Of a stretch of 64,000 nucleotides of DNA, positions 9,196 through 22,281 are shown piece after piece. How positions within the stretch are numbered: the first letter of the stretch is position 1; each line of letters opens with the position of its first letter. The notes beneath the pieces are model-generated. The model did no database searches, had not been told where the DNA came from, and saw only the letters and a program-made list of their open reading frames with translations. Source of the DNA: Moniliella sp. 'wahieum' (lineage: Eukaryota); contig RSEE01000049.1 in assembly GCA_003971905.1 (NCBI GenBank), forward strand, positions 1 through 64,000. Direction: 5' to 3'. A program made the position numbers and the translations under genes.

Positions 9196-11194
9196 TTAGT
9201 ACAGATCAACTGGGACCAATGGGCCACACACATGGCATGGCATGGCACGGCGCGGCACCCAGCTGGGATGAAGCTTGCAGCCTCGGGGGGCTCCCCGTTT
9301 TACGAAATCCGACTCTATCATCGACCCCAGGACCCCTCCGAGGATGAACTTGGAGACAGATATGGAGTGAACGAATCGTCTCACTGTTGCCGCTCCCTTG
9401 TGCGTCTGAGTGTGACCCGTTCGTCTCTGGGGGATGAGGGCCTTGGACGTTTGCGCCGCCTCGGCTGCTCGGTGGAGGTGGGCGGATCAAGGCGAGGGCA
9501 GGTGGGGAAGGCGTCGCATCTACCTGGGCGGCAGCTGCGTTAGCCTCGGGATTGCGTTGGGGCTGCGGAAGCGTAGGCTGTGGAGGGGGCGAAGAGCTGA
9601 CAAGCGTCGCTGGTGGGGGGTAGGTAGAGGGCAACACGGGCCTTGGAGCTGGCACGCAGTACATGGTTGGGCGCCATCCACGTTTTCACACCGCATGGGA
9701 CGCGCATAGAGGCAGGTGGTCACTGCCTCCATGAGGCAATGGGAGGTGTGCAGTCAATGCGCTACCTTGCCCACATAGATCCGACTCTCATTCGTACTTG
9801 GGTGCGGTAGCTCGTGGCGCACCTGGTCTTGAGAGGAGAGAATGATCAGTTGGCCTCGTTCGCCTGCGCCTCTGGCTACCAGGGCGGCCGCCTGGATCAA
9901 GTCGAGACCAGTAAATGGGACACCCACCCAAATGACCTTGTCGCAGTCGGGCACGTCCACACATACGGAAAGCTCGTTGGTTCCCACAAGCACCACTTCG
10001 TCACCGTGCACAAATTTTACCAGGTCCTCCGCCCTTCTTCCAGGGCAGCATGGGTGTCGCCTACCCGGGACGATAACCCTACCTGATGGGCAACGTCGGT
10101 GGCTCTCCTCAAAGGCCATCGTTGATTCGGCCGCACGGCGTGGGTCGGGACCTGGCGCAACGTTCTGAAATCCGGCTCAGGGTTGGTGGACGGTTCATTC
10201 CGGAAGGGGCTAGAAGAGCGATCCGCACGGCCCCTACGGACCTCTTCGTGTATGGCAGTTTCCTGGCCAGCCGAACCAGTGTGCCCTGCATCCTCGCCCG
10301 CCTGCACGCGGCTTCTGCTTCCAGCTTGCACATTCTGGACGGAGTCTGAGGGCCAATCAAGAGCATTCTGGCCTTGCTGGACAGCAGCGGGGAGGCGAGG
10401 CAAGTGACGCAGGGCTCCGGAGATTCTGTCAGATGGAACAATCGCACGCGTGATCTGGAAAGCCAAGCGCAAACCGGCAGGAGGACCATCCTGTACTTGT
10501 GACCTGTTTTTGGGCATGTGAAGCCGGCGAATCCTTCCTCATCACGTGCATACACTCGGCGCGCACCGCCTCGGGAATTCCAATGGGAACCAGATCGAGA
10601 GGATGGATAAGAGAAGGGGGAAAGATCTCTTCAGTCGGCTCGAGCGGTTCGTGCGAGGGAGGCAAAGTACGCAGAGCACGTTTAGCGGCGCCAGTACCCT
10701 GAGTAACAAGGGCGACGTGAGTGCCAGTTTCTTTGAAGGAAAAAACGTTGCAAGTGGGATTTGGGGACAAAATACTGGCAAACGCGACAGAAGAGCAAGC
10801 GAAGACGAGGACAATACTCCAGGTCGATCTTGTCGAGGGCAGTGCGGACGATAATGAATGGGTCACGATAATGCGAGGCGGCAGCCTGGCCCTTGAGAAG
10901 GCTGCAGCGGCGAGCGTGTCGCCTGGCGCCAGCGGAGGTCGGGTCAGATGTCGAGCAGGCCGAGCAGGGTGTAGCAGCCTGAGCAAGGCAGGCACGGGGT
11001 CAGAGCTGGTGTAGGGCCGTCAGGCGGGATTGGAAGGGCACGTACCAGATTCTGACGACTGAATGGTGACACGGAGGGGGCAAGTCGGGACTCAGGACGA
11101 TCTTGGTGGAAATGATGGGCAGACGGACGAGCGTGGTAACCGGGGGCGTCGCTGGCGAGCCAGGCGAGGCTGAGTCGGGAGGCGGCGAGGACAA
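9196..11194 (-). pseudogene. Decayed RecQ-like helicase of the telomere-linked helicase (TLH) type
   Basis: Ordered, eroded SF2/RecQ motifs across frames: LVRLPIISTKIVL (motif I-like), IWYVPFQSRL (Ia), RTLPPSHE (III, TATLPP), VLVGTNELSVCVDVPDCDKVIWVGVP (V), LDLIQAAALVARG (VI), then CLMEAVTTCLY..C..PCTAC (RecQ Zn-binding) and a further CHVCG motif. Catalytic residues are lost. Confidence 0.7.
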
Positions 11195-12159
11195 GGGCGG
11201 AGGCCGGGGGAAGACATGGGGCCAGCTGCACGCCTGGAGCCCAAGGCGAGGCGGGCGGCGCGAGGAGGAGGCCCGGGGCGGCAGCGAGGCAGCAGAGGCA
11301 GGGCTTGCCCTTGTCCAAATTCACCAGTGCTGCCACGACGGCCGAAAGCGCGGGCCACGAGCGATTAGGTGGAGGAGGCCTACGCGGCCGTAGGATGGCG
11401 GTGGGGGGGGGGCATGTTGGCAGCGCACGGTGCGCCAACAATGTTGTGTGACATGTGACGCGCAGATTCGACGCCGTGATGCATGATGGCCATGCAGGAC
11501 ATGTGACGGCAATTTCCCTAGACCGACGCTGCGGGCATTAGGGTTACTACTTGTTCTCCTGGCCTGGGACTATGATCCTGGACAATTGCAGCTGGATCGG
11601 TGGAGATGGAGGGCGCATCCATCCTGGGCACGCTCGGTACGGGGGAGACCGTCACCTCCAGTAGGCGAAATCTCACCTATAGTCTCGACCCTGGTCTGTC
11701 TCGCTTAGCCCTGACTGTGCCAGGTGGCGTTTGCGCCACAAGATGATTTGTTGTGTGCATCAGCCTAGCTTTCGTGTTTCCTTTGATCAATCTATAGCCT
11801 AGAGAGTGCATTATGCTACCGGTGTTTACACAGTTGGTTCTTCAGTTGTAAGCGGGCTCCGTACCAGTGCTTCTTCAAATGTCGAAACAGATCATAATGA
11901 AGATTCATACATGACCCTCTCTTTCACCGTGTGCGGCACCCAGATGCTCGCTTGACATGGTAAAATGGAGAAACCCGCGGATACCACATTGCCGGCATCC
12001 CACATTGTTTCGGATACTTCAGGAACGCAGGAGCAGGAGGAGAGAAGTAGACACCCAAAAGAGGGACTCTGGACGAACAGAGGCGCCAGAGAATCAACAT
12101 GGGACTGCTTGATAGTTCAATGATTGTTCAATGATTCTCATTTGCTTTCCTCTTGTGCT

Positions 12160-13814
12160 TTAGAAGGGGTTGGGCGCATCAATGTTGATCGACACGCCTT
12201 AACCTGAACATAATTTTCCAGACCGTATGCCGAGCCTTCACGGCCAATACCTGATGCCTTGTACCCACCAGTCGGCACTTGGGCCGACAAGGCGAGAGGT
12301 ACGTGTTGATCCACACCGAGCCCGCCTCGAGGGAGTGGGCCGTCTTGAGCGCCTTGGAGATGTCGCGGGAAAATATGCCCGCGGCCAAGCCATACATGGA
12401 ATCGTTGGCCTTGTGCAGCAGCTCGTCGTGATCCTTGAATTTGTGCACAACCACCACTGGACCAAATATTTCCTCGCGATTGATCACCGAGTCCTCGGGG
12501 GTATCGACAAAGATAGTAGGCTCAATGAACCACCCATTCAGCTTGCCCTTTCCAACGTACCGCTCTTCCGGCAAAGGATTGCCACCCGTCACCAGGCGCG
12601 CTTCGGCCTTGCCAATCTGAATGTACTTCATGACGCGGTCATATTGCACCTCGCTGATCTGCGGGCCGAGAAAGGTAGACGGGTCAAAGGGGTCACCCAC
12701 CTTGATGGCCTCAAACCTCGCCTTGGACGGCGAGGAAAGGCTCATAAGTTTCTCGGCCACATAGATCCGCGATCCGGCACAGCAGGCCTGGCCGTGTTGA
12801 AGGTAGCGCCCAATGTGCACCATGAAAGCGCCTGTTCCAAATCGGCATCGTCCAGCACTACCACGGGGATTGCCACCCAGCTCCAGGGTTACCTTTTTGA
12901 GGTTGGTACTGGCGCCGCTTGCATCACCATGCGTCCGACACGTGTGGAACCGGTAAAGGACACCTTGTCAATATCCATGTGCTCGGCAATCGCGCTACCC
13001 GCGCCTGGTCCGAGACCCGTGACAAGGTTGACCACGCCAGGGGGAACCCGGCTTGGTGAATCAGTTCAAACAACCTGAGTGCCGACAAGGGCGTATTCTC
13101 CGCCGACTTGATCACCACCGTGTTGCCTGTCGCTAGGGCGGGGGCCAGCTTCCATGCTGTGAGCGTCAATGGGAAATTCCACGGTACGATGGCACCGCAT
13201 ACACCGACTGGTTCCAAACGGGCATACTGGAACAAGTGTGGGTTCTCCCCAGATAAGACTTGGCCCGTGTGCTTGTCGGCCCAACCGGCAAAGTAGCGGA
13301 ACGCCTCGACGACTTGGGGGATATCAATTGCCTTGGCCAATGACACTGGCTTACCGCCGTCGATCGCCCGATCGCAGCCAACTCGTCCAAGTTCTCTTCG
13401 ACCAGACGGACGAGTTTGGTGAGCATCGCAGCGCGTTGGGGACCGGTTGTCTGCAAGCCCCAAGTCGTCTTGAATGCGCGACGGGCCGCCTTGACAGCCA
13501 CATCAACGTCATCTTTATCGCCTTGGGCAACATCAGCAAGTAACACCTTGGTGGCTGGGTTGTACACCTTGAGCTGCTCCCCCGTCTTGGCAGAGACCCA
13601 TTTCCACTGGAGAGAGCGAGGGGTGTGGTTAGAAGAGATGATTTCCAAGAATGGTCCAGGGAAGCGGCAGCACTCATGAGAAGGTAGGGAGCAGAGTGGT
13701 ACGTACTCAATGTACAGGCCGCCGCAGAAGCTGGACTTGGAGCCGTCGGGGAACGTGAGGTTAACAGTCGGCACAGGTGATGAGCCGTGAGGAAGAGTTC
13801 GCCGTAGAAGCCAT
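12160..13814 (-). CDS. NAD(P)-dependent aldehyde dehydrogenase (ALDH1/2-like)
   Basis: [45 protein letters not shown] (catalytic Cys) and EEIFGPV. One intron at ~13609-13707; indels are probably sequencing errors; stop TAA at 12160-12162. Confidence 0.93.
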
Positions 13815-15761
13815 ATTGGAGAAGGAGGAGGTGGAAGAGGAAGAGGACCAGGGAGAGGAAGAGCGATGGTAAAAGATGTTGAAAACGGAGGAGGGGAGAA
13901 GGAAAGAGACGGGGTTATATATACGAGGCGCGCACACCCACTGCAAGATAATGGATTGGTTAATGGCCGAAGCCCATCCGCCGCACGGCAACAGTACAGA
14001 GGAGACGAACGTGATGTTGACGGCGGGGAGGGGGTGCAGAGCACCATTGCCTACTGCACCGCGAGCGAGATTCGGAGTATCAGCCACTTGTCCCTTAGGG
14101 CGTGTGCGCAGAGACGGACAACAAAGGAGTGGGATGGCGGAGTTGGTTGGGGTTGTCGCCGGGGGCCGCTGTGTGCGAGACAGCTGCGGCGGCGGCAAAG
14201 CAAGGTCGCAAGTTGTTTTGCCGCCAAAAACGATGTGGAGGAATATTCAACTATGCTACGGAGGATATGGATTGCAACCGACACCAGACTGCTGTGTGCG
14301 TCTCGACGCCGAGCGCGAAGCGGCAAAATCATCGATGGATTACAAGAAGCACACGTGCTCACCTACAAAAACTTGGAGAGCATCGATGATGAAAACTCTG
14401 TGGCAATGGCTGTCTTTGGGAGAATGGCAGGACGACTCGCAAGAGCGGGACAAGAAAGATAAACAGTGACTATGACTAGTGACTAGGGACTATAGTGACG
14501 CGCCCAGTGACGTGTGACGAAGAGCAACTCCATCACACTTGCTCCTCCGGCCTCTGCAGCACAGGAAGGGTGGGTCGAATATGTCTGCCCGGAAAAAGGT
14601 AGTTAAGTACGTTAAACGATAAACGTTAACTGCGCTATGTATCTTCGTGCTGCCACACCGAAGGGCATCTGGTGGGGGCTAGGTCATCGACATCGATCAT
14701 CTGTGGCTATACTGAGTACACTGAGTACTCACTTGTCGCGGTCTCACGCGTCACGCGTCACGCCATAACGTCCTACGTCCCTCGCAACGCGCAAATGCTA
14801 ATCCTATAGCGGGTCAGAGAGCCTCACCGAAGTCACTCCGCAGCATAGTCACTAGCTTCACTACAGAGACGCTCCTCAGGCTCAGCGATGAGGCTCATCC
14901 CTCATCGGCCTCATCCTTTGTCGAAAGAAGCACAAGGATCAACAGCAAGTGAAGTCTGTAGCGCTGTCGACGCGTCGAAGCGCGAACCGCAGTCAAATTA
15001 GGCAAGGTGGAGGTCCGAAGGACACTCGGAGGTACACCTGAGCCACAGTATGTCCGCCATCACATGCACACAATACGTACCATACACAGGAGATCTCCGA
15101 TGTTCAAGAAGACCACAGTTGGGAAAAGGGAGAGTCTACGGAGCTTCCGGGAGTAACAACGTTTTGCCCCCGTTGCCGGAACTGCGTTGATGGCTTGCCT
15201 CGATTACCATGAAAGCACTGGTAGGCAGACTGCAGAACAGTCTTGGGTGAGCTAGAGAACGGCAAAAGTGTGCTACCCAACATAGGTGCCTGCGGTTTGC
15301 GGCGTGACGCGCGACATATATGGAACACAACCACAGTCAGTCCAGGCCTGCTCAGGCGCTCGGGCCTTGAGGCAGCCCAACAAGTGCTAACCGCGCCGCG
15401 TTACGCAGCACTGCTCAGATCTGCCTCAGAACGGCCTGGTAGGCCTGGTGGCTCGTGCGCGTGAAGCGTGACATGGGGCTTGTGTGACCACGTGACCATT
15501 TGCCACCACGACTGGGGAAGAGACTGGGAACACCAGCACTGGCCGCGGCCCTTGCCTGCAGCCACCGATTGCAGCCACCATCGGACAGCCCGGCAGTGCC
15601 GGCGTTCCGGGTAGCCCCGTTCCGCCGCTGTTGCGCCCCCAGGCTGCCTTGGCCTGCGTGCATCCCCTCCCCCCACTGATAGGCATGCCGTCCAAATCGC
15701 GCAAAGCCAAGCACGCCAACCGCGCCGGCCACACACCGCCCAGAGCCACGGCGTGCCCACC

Positions 15762-17234
15762 ATGTCCCAGCCGCCCACGCTCCCGAAGCATCCGACAACG
15801 ACACCCCCAACGCCACCGTGTCCTGGACAGCAGCTCGGACGCCGACAGCTCCACACCGCTGCCTCGGCGACACATCACTCCGCGCCCCTCTCGGCGGACG
15901 CAGTGGCTATCATTCACAACCTCGCCCAGATCGGCCTTTCACATCTGCTCGAGACCGTCTCTCAGTCCACGGCATTCCAGCCCGCAGCCGAAGCCGCCTT
16001 AGCCGCGCTGACCGCCAAGGTCCAACAGCACGCGGAGGATGCAAGGGCCGATTCCCAGCAGGACGCAGAGTCGATGTCCACGTTTGGCAAGAAGCCTCCC
16101 TCTTCCCGTTCGTCCTTCGTCTCGCTCCATCACCGCATGACCGCCGCAGAAGGCCAGATCGGCGTCTGGGCCGGCGACGCATCGGCCCGGGCCGAGACTG
16201 CCTCCGCCGCGGATTCCCAAGCTGACGTCTCCACTCAGCCCGCCCTCCCCGGGCCCGAGCTGTGGCATGAACTCAACGAACGTCTCAACGCCGTCGAACA
16301 CCAGCTGGCCCAGCTCCAACTCCACGCGCCTGCGGTTCCCCCCTCTGTCGCCGCTGCTGCGGCCCCCCGCCCCTCCAGCTGCCGCCGCAGCCATCCCCAC
16401 GCTGTCCGCCCAGTCCGCGCCGTCCGTCCAGACCATCCCCTCCCACCCAGACCCACAAACCTGCCGGGACTACTCCCTGGGCACGTCACCCCGATGCTTC
16501 CCCGGCCGTTGAGCCGATTCCCAACCTCGGTTATTTGAGCAACGGAGCCGCGCATCTGGTCGCGCCGGGTCCTTGGGTTGGCGCCCCTCCCTACGAACCC
16601 ACCCACCCCCGTTCTTGCAAGGACCTGGACCGCATCTTCGGCGGCCCCATCAACACCACCTGGTGGGGTTATCGCGATTGTTCTTCCGTGTCTGGGGTTG
16701 GCGTGGGGTGTGCGGTGACGCCAACCTGGCCAGGTTCGTCCTAGACAAACTGCCTGAGCACATTCGTAACTTGTTCCTCTGCGACCCCCGTTTTACCCAC
16801 ATGATCTTCTATGGTGACCTGCCAGCTATATTGGAGCAGCTCGACCGTCATTTCGGCCGCCCTGTCACCCGCGACGAGTTCTATCTAGCCGTGTCGGACA
16901 AGTGGGCCATCCGTCACGAAACGTACTTGTCATACGAAAGGCGGCACCTGGCCATCCTTCGTGCAATTGAGGGCTTCTGTAGTGACAGAGCGGCGGTCCG
17001 CTCTTGATCAAGGGCATACCGATGGTGGTGAGCTGCGAGCTGTCGAACATGAACCTCACGACCCCCGATGCGGTCAATCGAGCCGTCTGCACGATTCTGT
17101 GTGAAAACGGAAGCGAGCAACCGGTCACTATACCGTCTGGCCCGACACTTAGCTGTGACAACGCACTGCTCCGTCTGCTGCCAACGCGGTTCAGCTGGCG
17201 CCGTCCAGCTAACGATCCGATGCGTCGAGGGTGA
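15762..17234 (+). mobile_element. Solitary Gag-like ORF (LTR-retrotransposon capsid-like), frameshifted, no pol
   Basis: N-terminal coiled coil (LNERLNAVEHQLAQLQ) and a Pro/Ala linker, then DLPAILEQLDRHFG..HETYLSYERRHLAIL..SDRAAVRS/LIKGIPMVVSCEL..LTTPDAVNRA, which resembles the Ty3/gypsy capsid 'E.Y..RF..L...F..GL' pattern. Recognised by eye only. Confidence 0.55.
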
Positions 17235-17455
17235 TTCTACCATTGACGTTGGCTTTCCGCCGAGCTCGCTTCTGATGTGCAGGCCGTGGCAGCACAGGTG
17301 CCAACGCGGGCAGTACTCCTGTAGCAAGTGTTCCCCCGTCACGATACTAGTAGGCACAGTGCTTAATTCCCCCCACTACAATCCCGCAACGGGCTGCCCT
17401 CTCCCGACTAGCAGCAATGCATTAACCCATATGTCCCCACTGTAACCGCACAACG

Positions 17456-17575
17456 ATCCGCTCCATAGAACTGTGAAAGCACCGCGTCCCGTGCGATCTG
17501 CAAAGGTCCCCACAGTGTCGCCCAGTCAGTAGGACGACGGTGGGGGACCACGTGGGAATCCTAGATGCCGTGGTT
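17456..17575 (+). rRNA. 5S: 5S rRNA-like copy (probably a pseudogene; 5' helix disrupted) with T-run terminator
   Basis: ATCCGCTCCATAGAACTGTGAAAGCACCGCGTCCCGTGCGATCTGCAAAG...CACAGT..CCCAGTCAGTA..GGTGGGGGACCACGTGGGAATCCTAGATGCCGTGGTT then CTTTTT. The ACTGTG/CACAGT helix is intact. Confidence 0.88.
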
Positions 17576-17966
17576 CTTTTTGTCCCTTTCTCCATATCTC
17601 CGTTTGCACGCACCCAGCCCCTGCCCATCACTCCCTTGAGTCCCCCGTTTCCACCACCCAGTAGTAAGCAGCTGCACCCCATCGTACCTCCTGCCTTCGT
17701 GTCATCGTCTCTCCCCACCGCCTTTCTTTGTCCCAGATCCCTATCTACCCTTCCTACTAATCGCCTCACGTATCCCTCCCGACGGCGCACCAACCGGAGT
17801 ATACTGTGGAGCTACGTTCTTCTCTCGGCAACTGCTCACTCTTAGTAGAATGTGAATACATAGCATGGTTACTCCCACCTAAGTGGTTGCTCTCCTCGGG
17901 TAGGGGTAGACTCCGCAAGCGGAGGAGCTACCCATTCTTCCTTGCCTTTTAGCACAGTCCATCAAC

Positions 17967-18973
17967 TCATTTCGACATGGCGGCCGGAACAATGTCGACG
18001 ACAATCGGGTCGCCGCCGTCCTCAATCGCGGCGTTTACCAGTGTTGTCCGTGGCTTTTGCTTACCCACCAGCGTTGTGGTCCACCCTCTCACCACTCGTG
18101 CCGCCAGTCCAGACACAGATGCCCAACTGGCTCCATCCTGCACGGCATCGTGCAGCCGCAGCGCCGGATCCAGCACGACGTCCCTGCGCCCGTGTGCGTC
18201 ATGGATGTGGCCCCATACGGCTAGCCGCGGGCGCACGCGTGCCAGCTCAGCGGCTAGGAAACGACAGCCAGTATGCTTTCCGTCAACTTGGTCGAGGAAG
18301 CGGTGCGGAGGGCCGTGGGTGATCACAATGTCAGACGAGCTCGGAATAGTGCCGGCCCAAACGTCGGTGATGGGAAGGTACTGGAAGGCAAAGTTGCCAT
18401 ACTGCGGGTACGCGGGGAGCCGTAAATCTTTACAGGCACAGCCGAGTGCGCCGAACCAAGGGCGGTGGCAGGAATGACATCCAGTGTGATGGCGCTATCT
18501 TGTAAGTAAGTGAGGTCGCCCCAGTCCAGTTCTTGCACAGGGCGCTGATCGCTAAACATGTCAGGGTTTTTGCGGTGGAAATCCTCGTCGAGCAGCAGAT
18601 CGTGGTTGCCAGCAATGACCACCTTATGCTTGTGTGGCTGCTTGAGCCAGTTCAGCTGGGCCTGCAGCTCATCGAATGTGCCCGTCTGTGTCAAGTCGCC
18701 TGCATGAATGAGCAGGTCGCCGGCCGGAAGCACAGGCTGTTGGTTGTGTGTATCAGAGATACAGACAACGCGCACAAATGCGTCCCCAACCGAAGAAGCT
18801 GCAGGTACAGGGGGGTGGTACATCGATCTGCCCTGTGTTCGCGCCTGTCTCGCCCCGGGTGGCGGGGCGATGCGTGGGTGGTGGGCCAACAACCAAGAGG
18901 CGGCGCGGGAGCGCCGGTCAGGGCGGGGCGGGGCGACTTGGCCGCGCACAACAAATGACGGTGATTCTTCCAT
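17967..18973 (-). CDS. Calcineurin-like metallophosphoesterase (MPPED1/239FB-like)
   Basis: Motifs ISDTH, HAGDLT, IAGNHD, ITHGPP and WGHIH in order; one apparent frameshift. Confidence 0.9.
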
Positions 18974-21900
18974 GCTGCTGGAACGAGCTCCTGATGGATG
19001 GGTGGGTATGGTGTGGGCGGCGAATGGGGTGTGATATAAGAGGGGCGATGGGGGGCGTGCGGTTGGAGACGTAGCTCGGAGATGCTTTTCTTATATAGAG
19101 GCACTGGCCAGGTCCAAAAGGCATTGTCTCCAAGGGGTTGGTGGGTTGGGCAGATGCGTAACGGCGGAGACAAGGGAGCATCAAAAAGCATCTTTATATC
19201 GTGATTAAAGCGTATCGAGATACTGCAGACAGGACCACAGAAGAGGCACTTATTTACGATGCCTGACCCCCCTGGGTCCGCAGCCAGCCAACTCGGCCAG
19301 GGCGGTGTGGTGCAGTGGATGCGATGGTGCCCCACCCATGTCCGAAAGCCAAAAAATAGTACTAGAACAAACGCAGCGTTCTTTGCCAGCCAGCAACAAA
19401 CAAGTCGCCACAACAAGCCATCTCGGCGCTCGGCAAAAAGCTTATACTAGAGAGTGCACCCAGCTTCTGTTGCGTGCTGGTGGTGCGCTGCCAGCCACCC
19501 TTGGCGATTGCCAGCCTATCCATATCATCCACTGTCCCGCCGAGCCTCGGAGAAGGATGGTGTGGCGCAGTCGCCGCCTCTCGTCTCTTCGCGAGACTGA
19601 GAAGTATATACTGCCTAAGTAATTGGACTATATTGCGCCTATACCAATGACTTTATCCCTGGTGTGAACTGCTTCACATGCTTATATCCCACCGTCGTTT
19701 TTTTGCTACACTACAGTGTGTGTCTGTGGACCGTCACGGCGTCACACCCTTCTGCCCTTGCCCAACTGTTATTGTTGCCCTCATCGCCCTCTCACGCCGG
19801 CGTTCGAGTGGCGCCTGGACCAGGGTGAGGTGGAGGAGCCTATAGAGACACTGGTGAGCCCGCTGTGCTCTTGAAGGAACCAAACAGAAGGATGGCCGCT
19901 TCTCGCTGACAATATTAACATTTTCCCGGCCGGTGTACCTTTAATAACAGGGGGGGCGGGGGGCGGGGGTTATGCATTTGGGTTACCAGTTATGAGCGTG
20001 GGCCGTCTCGTCGGTTTTATCGCTGCAGCACACCGTGGCATGAGTGCATGAGGTGCAAGCGCTGCCCCGTCCCCAACCCCCCGCGTTGGCTCGTTCCTAG
20101 CGAACTTTTCTGTCAATAAATCACCTCAAACGGTTTGAATATTGGATGGCGCATCTGCATCAGATCTCAGATTTTCACGCATCATGCATCATGCATCGTG
20201 CTAGTATGCATCATGCATCATGCATCATGCAAGTTGGCCAGCAAAGATGCTGCAATTTAATCACATGCCACGCACTGAAAAAGAGAGTCCGCCAGCGGCA
20301 TTTAACAAAACAACTTGCTTGGCAGTCACCGGTTTCTCTCGTTGTTTTCTCTCTCGAGCCTCTCCTTGGCCCGATCGGTCTAATGCATCATGCATTTTGT
20401 TCCCCCTCTTTCCGTTTCCTGGCAGCGCTGTACCGGCACCACAAAATCCGCAAGCAGAACAAGATAGGTCGCTGTGAGCGCTGGGATCATACGCGTCACG
20501 CTAGCCACTTGCCGTTTTCCCAGAGAGCGGCAGAGGGTCTAGGAAAGCAAGGCTTCTGATGCGCCCGTGTATTGGCCTGTGTGGTGATGGATTAATGCTT
20601 GGCTAGACCACGGAGTCTGGCCGCCTGTTGTCACTTGTCATCTAGTCACATGCCCCTGTCGCTCTTGTGCCTCGCGTGAGGCGGGAGGGAGACAGCGGGG
20701 CAGCATGGGTTGTCGCTTAGCTGCTCGAACCGCTAGCGCAAGCCCCTGCCTGTGCTACGGCGGGGATGGCTCCAGAGGGATGTGGTTGGGGGTGAAGTTT
20801 TTCCTCGGACTGAGAACAGAGGTACTGAGTATTCAGATGAGTTCGCAGCAGACACCAGCGCGTCAGCCACTGGACAGTACTCGTGTACCTGCATCTGCTG
20901 TCTCTGCGGACAGTCCCCCTGTACGGGGCGGGCAGAAGGTGAAGCTAAGACCATAAAGCCTATCACTTGCAGCATGGGGTTGAAGCGTGACGCGTGACGC
21001 ATGAGGCGCCGGCAGCAGCACACTGAGGGCCTGCGGATCGCCGCAAGACACGGCACGTGTGCCCCTCGCGCATCCAGCGCATCCCGCAGCGCCCAGCCCC
21101 ACCACGCCCCTCCCCGGAGCACGTTGTGTGTGATGGGTCTCAGCCCCCCGGCCGCTGCAAAGACACGTGCGGGCCAGCCCAGGCCAGCCTAACGAGCTAA
21201 CCGCATACGCGCATAACCGGGAGGCGGCAACTGATACCCGGGAACCAGTGTTCCGTCCAGAAGGCACCTGCCCCGCTGCTCTGCTGCCCCGCTGCCCCGC
21301 TGCTTCGCTACCCCAGATCGCCCCGGGCCAAACACAGCTATCGCCGCAACCGCCAAGGACCTCGACACGCCTCTCGACCTCTTCGACTGCTCCCCTGCCC
21401 GTCTCTACAGCTGTCACATGGCATCACCCTGTTTCCTTTCCACCCATCTGGCCCACCCAAACCCACAAGCTCACACTACCCCACCGCCACGCGTCCCCCG
21501 CGTTACCGGTTACCTGTGCCCCGAGTGGGCACCAGCAACTGTCCCTATAACAGCCACGTACTCCTAAGGTCCACACTATGAGAAGTCACTAGTCACTAGG
21601 TCACTAGTCACTGAATCACTGAATCACTAGCTCCACTGGCAACTAAGCAGTATCCACCCTTCTTGGAGAGCCTAGCGTCGTTGTGCCGTGGCCCCCAACA
21701 GCAGGTCCCAGCACCGGACCAGCAACCCTCGGCAACCCCAACCGCAAAAGGCTTAGTGAATAATGGTTGAGGTCCGAAAAGGTGCGATCATTAAGCGTGA
21801 GGCCCGGCGCCGGAAGCTGAAGCGGCCTCTGAGGCACAGTCTCATCGTCAGACAAAGGCACGCCAAACCCCCGATAGGTCCCCACGGGGCTCCACCCATC

Positions 21901-22281
21901 GCCCCCATATCTCACACCCAGTGCCTGACTGGGGCCTGGCAAAGCCAAGAACAGCGCGGCTCTCTCCAGCCGCAGCTGCTCGGTCTCCACATACGTACCT
22001 CAAACGTGTCTTCAAGCTTCAGGAGGATGCAGGATGCATCATGCATCACATGCCACAGGTATACTGCCTCTCTGAGATGTGAGATCTGGTCGCTGGCGGA
22101 TACACCGAGTACTGAAGGACACTCCCTTCGAACTCCCCCTCCCCTCCCTGCCCCGCCAGCGGGGTAAGTTCGAGCCAAAGCAGGAGAAAACGGGATATAA
22201 ATACGACCCCATTTCTCTACTGCCCACTACTTCTCCACCCCCCCCCCCACACCCCTCACTCCCCTTCCAGCCCCTTGCACT

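Noticed and set aside
17738..17748. TCCCTATCTAC matching the 28S breakpoint motif (possible target-site duplication)
   Set aside because: A short match in pyrimidine-rich DNA; a similar string also occurs near 9150 and no 28S sequence resumes after it.
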